Shown here: positions 56,277 through 64,000 of the stretch, one piece after another
Layout: each line of letters starts with the position of its first letter
Numbering within the stretch: position 1 is the stretch's first letter
Origin: an uncultured cyanobacterium
Lineage (GTDB): Bacteria > Cyanobacteriota > Cyanobacteriia > Phormidesmidales > Phormidesmidaceae
Length of the DNA: 64,000 nucleotides
Reading direction: 5' to 3'
Assembly: GCA_963793265.1 (NCBI GenBank)
Contig: CAWBZI010000006.1
Coordinates: 672,001-736,000 of the forward strand
Translations under genes and position numbers: made by a program
Notes under the pieces: generated by a model
What the model was told of the DNA's origin: nothing
Databases searched by the model: none
The model's input: the letters and a program-made list of their open reading frames with translations, nothing else

Positions 56277-56849
56277 ATGACGACTGTTGCAATTATCTAT
56301 TTTTCAGGCGAAGGCCACACCCACAGCATGGCCGAATCTTTTGCCGAAGGCGTGAAGTCTGTTGAAGATACCACCGCCAAACTATTCAGAATTACCGGGG
56401 ATCAGATCGTCGAGGGTCGCTGGCAGGGTGAAGACACCCTTGCTGAGATTAGTCGCTGCGAGGCGATTGTGCTGGGCTCGCCAACCTATATGGGTGGCGT
56501 AGCAGCGCAGCTCAAAGCCTTTATAGACGCAGCGGGCGGCATCTGGTTCAGCCAGGGCTGGAAAGACAAAATTGCAGGTGGATTTACCCACTCGGGTTCT
56601 CCTAGCGGCGATAAGCAGGGTACGCTGCTCTACCTGGCAACTCACGCGGCGCAGCACAGCATGATTTGGATGGGGCCAGGCGTTATGCCTGACGAAACTG
56701 GCGTTAACCGCTTGGGCTCATTCTTAGGCGCGATGGGCAGCGGACATGAGGAGAACGTTGATGAAGGCGATCTCAAAACGGCTTGGTTGTATGGACAACG
56801 AATTGCTAAGGCGAGTCATGCGGTAAAGGCACTGGCTGGTGATAAATAG
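56277..56849 (+). CDS. Flavodoxin-like WrbA / NAD(P)H-dependent FMN protein
   Basis: YFSGEGHT, GSPTYMGGVAAQLKAF, WKDKIAGGFT, GDKQGTL. Confidence 0.88.
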   Translation: MTTVAIIYFSGEGHTHSMAESFAEGVKSVEDTTAKLFRITGDQIVEGRWQGEDTLAEISRCEAIVLGSPTYMGGVAAQLKAFIDAAGGIWFSQGWKDKIAGGFTHSGSPSGDKQGTLLYLATHAAQHSMIWMGPGVMPDETGVNRLGSFLGAMGSGHEENVDEGDLKTAWLYGQRIAKASHAVKALAGDK

Positions 56850-58494
56850 AAGGTCTAAGGTGCTGCTCTGCTCGATTGAGCGCTTCTAGCCGACTGGCTA
56901 GCGTATTCTCAGGTGGCAGCATGTCCAAAATGCCCAGCGCACTTAGCCGCTGCTGGGCATGGCCTTTGGCTCCTACGATAAAAACAAGCCGCTGCTTGGC
57001 GATCGCATCTCCCACAATATTCTCAATCGCCAGCGCCGCCGTCACCCCCACTCTAGGCGCATCCGCCAAGTCCAAAATCAGCGCCTCAAACTGATTGACG
57101 ATCGTCATTCGCTGCGAAATCGTCCTAGCCGCACCAAAGCTCATTGGCCCGCTCAGGCGAAACAGCAGCAACCGGCCTTCCATCGTGGCCAGAAGCGATC
57201 GCTCCTCTTCAGTCAGGCTTTCATCATCCGGGCTCACAATTGCCCGCACGTGCTTCCGCTGCTCATCGGTAACGGTTTTCACCGTCAGCAAATTCGACAC
57301 AAAAATGCCCGCCCCCACCGCCGTAATTAAATCGACAAACACGGTCAAAAACAGCACACCGTACATCACCCAGGCCGCCTTCCAAGACACCCGATGCGCC
57401 CGCTTCAAAAAGCTCCAGTCAATAATATCGATTCCGACCTTCATTAAAATACCGGCCAGCACCGCCAGCGGAATCTGCCCAGTAATCGAGCCTGCACCCA
57501 GCACCACCATCAATAGAATGAGCGCGTGAACAATGCCCGACAGCGGCGTCTTCCCGCCCGACTTCACATTGATTACCGTACGCATCGTTGCCCCGGCTCC
57601 CGGCAGGCCGCCCATCAGCCCAGACACCATATTGCCGATTCCCTGACCAATCAGCTCGCGGTCAGAGTCATGCTGAGTGCGCGTAATATTGTCAGCCACC
57701 AAAGAGGTGAGCAGTGAGTCAATCGCGCCCAAAGTGGCCAGCACTAGGCCGTAGCCGAGCATATCACGCAGGGCTTCTGGGTTAAATTCTGGTCGTTGAA
57801 AGGTAGGTAGGCCGTTAGGAATATCACCAATACGCGGCACTGCATCGCTTGCCAGCAGTAAAGAAACACCAGTGACGACAACCAGCGCGACCAGCGGCGC
57901 AGGCAAGATTCGATTGATCTTGCGTGGCATACCAAAAACAATTACCAGCGTCAGCAAACCTAAGCTCGCTGCCGTCCAGTTTGCTTGGGCAATCACGCTC
58001 GACACCGCAGCAATAGAATCGGTCACACTACCGGAGCCAACAGCCCCAAAAAAGGGTGCAATTTGCAGCACCAAAATAATCACGCCAATGCCTGACATAA
58101 AGCCCGAGATCACCGTGTAGGGCATGAGCGTGATGTAGTCGCCCAAGCGCAGTAGCCCAAAGCAAACTTGAAACAGCCCGCCCAGCATCACAACGGTAAA
58201 AACCATTGCGACACCAGCCTCAGGATACTTAGCGACTAATCCTGTAAAAACGGTGGACATCACCACCGTCATCGGGCCAGTAGGGCCCGATATCTGCGAT
58301 GGCGTGCCGCCAAAGAGCGCCGCGAAAAAGCCGGTTGCGATCGCACCATAAAGCCCGGCTTCTGCACCTAAACCCGAGGAGACACCGAAGGCCAAAGCGA
58401 GCGGGAGAGCAACCACTGCTGCCGTCATCCCGCCAAAAAAGTCGCCGCGCAAGTTTTGGAAGCTAAGCCGGTTAATCTTAATCGCACGAGCCAT
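56806..58494 (-). CDS. SulP/SLC26 anion transporter with STAS domain (BicA-like bicarbonate transporter)
   Basis: GDFFGGMTAAVVALPLALAFG, GPTGPM, LGAIDSLLTS, GAGATMRT, GPMSFGAA. Confidence 0.9.
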   Translation of the reverse strand: MARAIKINRLSFQNLRGDFFGGMTAAVVALPLALAFGVSSGLGAEAGLYGAIATGFFAALFGGTPSQISGPTGPMTVVMSTVFTGLVAKYPEAGVAMVFTVVMLGGLFQVCFGLLRLGDYITLMPYTVISGFMSGIGVIILVLQIAPFFGAVGSGSVTDSIAAVSSVIAQANWTAASLGLLTLVIVFGMPRKINRILPAPLVALVVVTGVSLLLASDAVPRIGDIPNGLPTFQRPEFNPEALRDMLGYGLVLATLGAIDSLLTSLVADNITRTQHDSDRELIGQGIGNMVSGLMGGLPGAGATMRTVINVKSGGKTPLSGIVHALILLMVVLGAGSITGQIPLAVLAGILMKVGIDIIDWSFLKRAHRVSWKAAWVMYGVLFLTVFVDLITAVGAGIFVSNLLTVKTVTDEQRKHVRAIVSPDDESLTEEERSLLATMEGRLLLFRLSGPMSFGAARTISQRMTIVNQFEALILDLADAPRVGVTAALAIENIVGDAIAKQRLVFIVGAKGHAQQRLSALGILDMLPPENTLASRLEALNRAEQHLRPSIYHQPVPLPHDSP

Positions 58495-58710
58495 AGATAA
58501 GGTCACATAACAGCTCAGACTTCAGATGGTAAACGGAAATGAGGACACCGAGAGCAGCATTCGTTACTGGCGACTATTCTTAAGCGTTTTTTGAGGATGG
58601 TTAAGACTTTGTGAGCACCTCAGCGACAAACGTGATTTTTTATACCTTAACCGTGCGTTTGGGCATCTTAAACCTAGTTTTTGTGCCCAATATTTACGTA
58701 GTCGGTAGCT

Positions 58711-59184
58711 ATGAACACACCCTTTCGCAATAGTCCGAACGCCCACCGTATGTTGCAGCGAATGCCAGCGGAAATAAGCGCCACGTTCTCTGCCGGGCAA
58801 GTTCAGGCGATAGAAGCTGCGCTAGTCCCTCGTACGCATGTAATAGACGTGCGGCTGTCGCTGCCTTTTTTAGGCAAGGGAGCCTACTTAGTATTCGCTG
58901 CAGGGCCGAACAAACGCGCGCACTATCGAAATCTACAGAACGGCAACCCATTCGTAATGCCCGCCGTGCTAGCCAGCGCCTTTGTTGGCGCAATCTCTAT
59001 CTTTGGGCTAGTTCAGCTCAACGGTAGCGCGCTGCTGCAAGAGCCCGATCCTGTCTTTGCTCAAGGTGAAGAGTTTCACCCCACCATCGTGCCGTTTAAA
59101 AAAAACCGACAGGAGTGCGAAGAGAGCGGCAGACAGTGGACAGATGAAAAGTGTATTGATACCGTCCACGATCCTGACTTTTGA
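58711..59184 (+). CDS. Hypothetical membrane protein
   Basis: 157-aa ORF with one TM segment and a C-terminal CxxxGxxW...C...HDPDF motif. Confidence 0.65.
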   Translation: MNTPFRNSPNAHRMLQRMPAEISATFSAGQVQAIEAALVPRTHVIDVRLSLPFLGKGAYLVFAAGPNKRAHYRNLQNGNPFVMPAVLASAFVGAISIFGLVQLNGSALLQEPDPVFAQGEEFHPTIVPFKKNRQECEESGRQWTDEKCIDTVHDPDF

Positions 59185-59306
59185 TGACTTTTCTTTAGAT
59201 AGCTGTTCTTTAGCTGTCTTTTGTATAGGGGCCTAGCGCCAAGATTGAGACGCGCGCTCTGCTGTGAATTCGGGAAAATTAGAGCTATCAGCCAGCGCCC
59301 TACACC

Positions 59307-60731
59307 ATGAAAACTCCCGTGCATCCTCAAATACAGAGAACATTGGCGGCTATTGTAGTCACCGATGCGGTGGGCTTTAGTCGGCATATGTCGCGGGACG
59401 AAGACAGAGCGCTCTCTATTATCAATCGGGATCTTCAGCTCATTTCAGAACTGTGCGAGTTCTTTGAGGGCCAAATTTTGAAGACGGTGGGGGACGGGGT
59501 GCTGATGTACTTTGTGAGCGCTGTTCAGGCGGCTGCTTGCGCGGTAGAAATGCAAAAGACTTTTGCTAGTTTCGCAAAAAACGGGAAGGCCGACGAGCAT
59601 TTTACCCACAGAGTTGGGGTGCACTTAGGCGATATCTTTTTTAACGAGCAAGACATGATGGGCACTGGGGTAAATGTCGCCGCCCGGCTCGAGGCCGAGG
59701 CAAAGCCCGGTGCTATTTGTATGTCGCAGGTAGTGTATGACGTTGTAAAGTCGCGGCTGGAGCTGGATGCAAGCTACATCGGTCAGCTAGATCTTAAAAA
59801 TATTGAAGAGGCCGTCGCGGCCTATCACGTGTGGCCGTTGGGGATGCGCCCAAAGGAAAGTACCGAAGATACCACTGAGGCGATCGCACCTCTCACAGTC
59901 ACCCCAATCAGCGCCGCGCTTAAAGTATTGCTAGAGCATCCCAACAGCCGCCGCATCAAAAAACTGCTGTACGGCACACACCAGTCGGTCTGGGAAAATG
60001 ACGCTGAGGTACTTGAAAGCGTTTCACTCAGGCTGCTAGTAGAATCACTCACCGAACGCAATACCACCTTAGAAGACTGCCGACGCAGCCTTTATCGAAT
60101 CGTCGGCACGCTTAACCGGCAGGCAGAATACACACAGGTTGCCGATGTTATTCTTGAAAACTTAGAAGACTTCTACTCCGATATCACCAGCATTAAAGCC
60201 GACGCATCCGCTTCAATTGCCGATCCGCGCAAGGTGCTATATCGAGATATTGCCGAGCAGCTAGAGCAAACGTCTGATGTGATTCGGATGAAGAAAATGC
60301 TTTACTGCCTGTGCTACGACAGTTGGGAGAATAATGGCGATCGCATCAGTGCGATTCAAACTGTCACACTCGTATCAGAGCTATACCAGCAGGTAAGCAC
60401 CCTGCAAGGATTACAAAACAGACTGCGCGCTATTTTGCTGAGGCTGAACCGAAAAAACAAATACGCGCCTATTGCCAACCTGATCTTTGAAGAATGTCAG
60501 ATTCTCTATCCAGAAGCCAATAGCCACGTTTCAATGCCGGGTGCGGTAGAAGAGGGTGCAACAGATGGCACCATAGAGCCGGAGGATTTATCGGGTGATA
60601 ACACTCAGATAAACGTCCGTAGCGAACCGGCGCAGCGGTGGGCGGCTATGCCATCAGAGAGTAACAGCAAGAGTCATCAGAAAAATAAAGGAGGAGCGAC
60701 TCGATTAATGCGCTCCACCGCCTTTACATAG
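59307..60731 (+). CDS. Class III adenylate/guanylate cyclase with two C-terminal helical repeats
   Basis: TDAVGFS, KTVGDG, RVGVHLGD, DMMGTGVNVAARLE, LKNI. Confidence 0.88.
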   Translation: MKTPVHPQIQRTLAAIVVTDAVGFSRHMSRDEDRALSIINRDLQLISELCEFFEGQILKTVGDGVLMYFVSAVQAAACAVEMQKTFASFAKNGKADEHFTHRVGVHLGDIFFNEQDMMGTGVNVAARLEAEAKPGAICMSQVVYDVVKSRLELDASYIGQLDLKNIEEAVAAYHVWPLGMRPKESTEDTTEAIAPLTVTPISAALKVLLEHPNSRRIKKLLYGTHQSVWENDAEVLESVSLRLLVESLTERNTTLEDCRRSLYRIVGTLNRQAEYTQVADVILENLEDFYSDITSIKADASASIADPRKVLYRDIAEQLEQTSDVIRMKKMLYCLCYDSWENNGDRISAIQTVTLVSELYQQVSTLQGLQNRLRAILLRLNRKNKYAPIANLIFEECQILYPEANSHVSMPGAVEEGATDGTIEPEDLSGDNTQINVRSEPAQRWAAMPSESNSKSHQKNKGGATRLMRSTAFT

Positions 60732-60790
60732 CACCTTTACATAGCAAAAGTCAGATATGATCGCTATTGTGAATAGCAAAGGGTCAGCAA

Positions 60791-61768
60791 ATGGGCGCTC
60801 CAACAGTATTTATCGATGGCGAAGCAGGGACAACCGGCCTACAGATTTATCAGCGCCTAGCAAAACGTGATGACATCCAGGTGATTAGCATTGATGCTGA
60901 CAAACGGAAAGATGCTGATGAACGCGCCAAGCTGTTGAACGCTGCTGATATTTCAATTTTATGTTTGCCAGATGACGCAGCTCGCGAAGCGGTGAGCTGG
61001 GTGACCAATCCCAAAGCCAGAATTTTAGACGCGAGCACCGCCTATAGAACTGCTGAGGACTGGGCCTATGGATTTCCTGAGCTAAAAGAGGGTCAGCGCG
61101 ATCGCATTGCGACCTCTACGCGGGTCAGCAATCCGGGCTGCTATCCAACTGGCTTTTTAGCAGTTGTTTCCCCTTTAGTGCAAGCAAAGCTGCTGCCTGC
61201 CGACCTACCCTTGACGGTGAATGCGATTTCTGGCTACTCAGGCGGCGGCAAAAAGCTTATTGCCCAGTACGAGGGCTTCCGTACTGATAGCCCTGACGAC
61301 GAATCTACCGCGCCTTACAGTCCGTACGGGCTGGCGTTTGGACATAAGCACGTCAAGGAAATGCAGGTATATGCAGGGATCAACCACACGCCGCTGTTTA
61401 TTCCAGCAGTGGGTGATTTTGAGCAGGGAATGTTGGTACAAGTCCCTTTGCCGCTGTGGTCTTTAGAGAAGCCGCCTACCGGAAAGCAGTTACACGGTGC
61501 GCTGAGTAAGCACTACGACAACGAGCCGTTTGTGCAGGTGATGCCTTATGGCGATCGCACCCTACTGCGCGACGGCAACTTTTTAGAAGCCAAAAGCGCT
61601 AACCACACCAATGAAGTTCAGCTCTTTGTCTTTGCTAACGACAATACCCAAGAAGCCCTACTCGTGGCCCGCCTTGACAATCTAGGCAAAGGAGCTTCGG
61701 GCGCTGCTGTGCAAAATCTCAATATTATGCTGGGTTTGCCTGAGTCGTCAGGCTTGATTGCAGCCTGA
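60791..61768 (+). CDS. argC: N-acetyl-gamma-glutamyl-phosphate reductase (type 2)
   Basis: FIDGEAGTTGLQI, DASTAYR, SNPGCYPTG, SGYSGGGK, DNLGKGASGAAVQN. Confidence 0.95.
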   Translation: MGAPTVFIDGEAGTTGLQIYQRLAKRDDIQVISIDADKRKDADERAKLLNAADISILCLPDDAAREAVSWVTNPKARILDASTAYRTAEDWAYGFPELKEGQRDRIATSTRVSNPGCYPTGFLAVVSPLVQAKLLPADLPLTVNAISGYSGGGKKLIAQYEGFRTDSPDDESTAPYSPYGLAFGHKHVKEMQVYAGINHTPLFIPAVGDFEQGMLVQVPLPLWSLEKPPTGKQLHGALSKHYDNEPFVQVMPYGDRTLLRDGNFLEAKSANHTNEVQLFVFANDNTQEALLVARLDNLGKGASGAAVQNLNIMLGLPESSGLIAA

Positions 61769-62368
61769 GAAAGCCTCTATCGTTAGCATCTGAACTTTGT
61801 TGTTGTTCATAATAAAAGAGTGCAGAGCAGGTACTTCGACAAGAACATCATGCACGTGCATTTTCGATTCTTCAGCCCCTACAACAACATCATTGATTTC
61901 ATCACCAAACAGGCTTGCCCTACCAGTCGGGCCAATATTGCCTGTGATGATGGTGTAAGGACACATTAGCGCTGACAACCGTTCGTAAAACTCAAGGCTC
62001 GCCATATTTGCACCACTTTGCCCAGCGAACCAGGCAAAAGGCGGTAGACGATTGGCTAGTCTTGCCAGTCGAGGGGATTGATTCGGCGGAGCGAGCATCA
62101 CCACATGAGCAGGCAGAGGAAACTCAGCAGTCGAGAGGGCCGCACGGACGAGAATACCCCCCATAGAATGGCTCACGATACCGTAGGAACCTAGCGCAGA
62201 GAGCTTTCTGAGGCGAGCACGCAGCTTAATGACAATATCGTCAAACGACTGCAAGAGCGTGGTGTAGCCAAAGAACTCCGGCGCATGACCAGCCCTCTTC
62301 AATACCTTGCCCATACCTGACATAGAGAACGGTGTACGACCGAGGCCGTGAATTAAAAGAATATTCAT
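61748..62368 (-). CDS. Alpha/beta hydrolase (lipase/esterase-like)
   Basis: IHGLGR oxyanion loop, SHSMGG nucleophile elbow, ND and HSFIM. Confidence 0.85.
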   Translation of the reverse strand: MNILLIHGLGRTPFSMSGMGKVLKRAGHAPEFFGYTTLLQSFDDIVIKLRARLRKLSALGSYGIVSHSMGGILVRAALSTAEFPLPAHVVMLAPPNQSPRLARLANRLPPFAWFAGQSGANMASLEFYERLSALMCPYTIITGNIGPTGRASLFGDEINDVVVGAEESKMHVHDVLVEVPALHSFIMNNNKVQMLTIEAFSGCNQA

Positions 62369-62433
62369 GATTATTTTCTTAAACGCCCGGCTGTTATAGT
62401 TGCTCCTACGACAAGTATGGAAGTAATACTCTC

Positions 62434-62823
62434 ATGGTTCAAGTAAAGATTACCGGCTGCGCAGCGAGTCTAAACCCAATTAAGGCTCAGCTCTCTGATA
62501 TTGTTCATCAGTGCTTACAAGAAGCCATCGGAACACCAGAGAACAAACGCTTTCAACGGTTCTTTTCAATGGAGCCAGAAAACTTCTACTACCCAGCAGA
62601 CAGATCGACGCAATACACCATCATTGAAATTGTAATGTTTGAAGGTCGTTCTGTTGCTGCAAAAAAGAAACTCACCCATCTTCTTTTCAAGAGAATTTAC
62701 CAGCAGCTCAATATTGCCGTTGCAGATCTTGAAATCGTGATGTTCGAGCTGCCTAAGCATAACTGGGGTATTCGAGGCGTCCCTGGTGATGAATTAGTGC
62801 TGAATTATATTGTTGAGGCTTAG
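62434..62823 (+). CDS. Tautomerase family protein
   Basis: KRFQRF, RSTQYTIIEI.MFEGRSVAAKKKL, NWGIRG; has Val rather than Pro after Met. Confidence 0.8.
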   Translation: MVQVKITGCAASLNPIKAQLSDIVHQCLQEAIGTPENKRFQRFFSMEPENFYYPADRSTQYTIIEIVMFEGRSVAAKKKLTHLLFKRIYQQLNIAVADLEIVMFELPKHNWGIRGVPGDELVLNYIVEA

Positions 62824-63065
62824 CAGCTAAGGCTTAGTAGTATCAACATATAAAATAAACATCTAACCATTAGATGAATTGAACGCGTCAACAAACACAC
62901 CAACAGGGATAGAACATATTCTCGCTTGCTGTGTAACTATACGATCAGCAACTACTGAGCTAATCACAAATAACCCATAGACGTATCCCTTTGGTAGAAC
63001 CCATAGGTAATGCGGGTCTGGAAATGTTTAGCCCTCAATTATACATACATAAGGAGATTCACTTC

Positions 63066-63485
63066 ATGAACATCGGTACATCAATCAAAAAAGGTCTTTT
63101 CGTATCAGCATCTGTTCTGTCCGCAGCAGGTTTGCTGGCAGTCATGCCGCTATCAGCTAGTGCTCAGATGATGGAAGATCGCGTGATTAGAGATGACGCT
63201 GCCGTAGAATCTTCACAAGAAATGCGTGAAGGCGACACCGCAATAACGGGTGACGAAGATACCATGCAAATGTCTGAAGATATGGATATGGACATGGACA
63301 CCACTGAAGCTGCTGAAATGGAGGACGACAGTTTCGTTCAAACAACTGAAATGGAAATGGAGGACACAGGCACAACTTACTCTACGCCTACAACAACGTC
63401 TCCAACCTATTCCAATGTCTCTGACGACGATGATAGTGACACATCCACAACTTATTCCAGCACGAGCCCACGTGCCCTTTGGTAA
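63066..63485 (+). CDS. Secreted acidic low-complexity protein
   Basis: AAGGAG RBS, Sec signal ending ASA-Q, D/E/M/T-rich body, terminal PRALW. Confidence 0.7.
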   Translation: MNIGTSIKKGLFVSASVLSAAGLLAVMPLSASAQMMEDRVIRDDAAVESSQEMREGDTAITGDEDTMQMSEDMDMDMDTTEAAEMEDDSFVQTTEMEMEDTGTTYSTPTTTSPTYSNVSDDDDSDTSTTYSSTSPRALW

Positions 63486-63550
63486 ATTGACTGAAGTAAG
63501 CTACCTAACTAAGCTGCTCGGTTAGATGTTTGGTTAGATTAGGTAACAAC

Positions 63551-63591
63551 AAAAAGCCTCTCCTTTGTGAAATAGAAAGGAGAGGCTTTTT
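63551..63591. terminator. Bidirectional intrinsic terminator
   Basis: AAAAAGCCTCTCCTTT-loop-AAAGGAGAGGCTTTTT between convergent genes. Confidence 0.85.
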
Positions 63592-63669
63592 GATATGCTA
63601 TAAAAAATGTCTTCTAGCCTCTATAGCTGTGCATTCTTTGAGTTCAGTCTTACAAAAGTTACTCAATAG

Positions 63670-64000
63670 CTAAGGCTCAACGACAACAGGCGTACCAAGC
63701 GCGACCAAATCGTATAGCTCTCGAACGTGCTCATTATACATACGAACGCAGCCATGGGAGGCAGCAGTGCCAACTGATTCTCGATTAGGCGTGCCGTGGA
63801 AACCGATCACGTTATTATCGTCTGTCCAGAATGCAATCCAGCGATCGCCCAGCGGATTATCTGGCCCCGGTGCCATCACTTCATCGGTCAATGGATTTGT
63901 CCAACCCGGATCAACGAGCTTGTGAAACACGCTAAATTCGCCAGTAGGCGTTTCCCAACCGGCCCGGCCAACGGCTACCGGATAGCTAGCTTCTACCGTC
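63670..64000 (-). CDS. L,D-transpeptidase (YkuD) C-terminal part; starts beyond the right edge
   Basis: YPVAVGRAGWETPTGEF, NPLGDRWIAF, IGFHGT...SHGCVRM. Confidence 0.92.
   Translation of the reverse strand, partial: TVEASYPVAVGRAGWETPTGEFSVFHKLVDPGWTNPLTDEVMAPGPDNPLGDRWIAFWTDDNNVIGFHGTPNRESVGTAASHGCVRMYNEHVRELYDLVALGTPVVVEP

Overview
A 64-kb chromosomal segment from a cyanobacterium. Evidence: frequent HIP1 octamer GCGATCGC, plus sbtAB, cphAB and argZ. The left ~25 kb is one minus-strand biosynthetic gene cluster whose gene combination I do not recognise as any characterised pathway. In transcription order it encodes: RTX protein, FAAL, ACP, CylC-type dimetal-carboxylate halogenase, KS with a dead AT, ACP ending in a docking SLiM, a beta-hairpin-docked class II aldolase-like enzyme, SDR, GT28, SDR, GMC oxidoreductase, UDP-galactopyranose mutase, second GT28, MFS exporter, polyprenol/DAG-kinase-like protein, CylK/BrtB-like beta-propeller-RTX protein, and an RND pump. 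The inferred product is a chlorinated (or cryptically chlorinated then alkylated), probably galactofuranosylated lipid. Next come sbtAB (CcmR/NdhR box, terminator-like hairpin in the leader), a DUF1778-GNAT toxin-antitoxin locus destroyed by a 137-bp MITE, a frameshifted NB-ARC/TPR gene, uppS, ppk2 and an orphan HepT with a degenerate active site. A 16-kb stretch groups the cyanophycin-arginine-proline-glutamate route (argZ, isoaspartyl peptidase, putA, cphA, cphB). The right end holds a BicA-like SulP, a class III cyclase, argC and small genes. All calls come from motif recognition by eye; no database searches were run.
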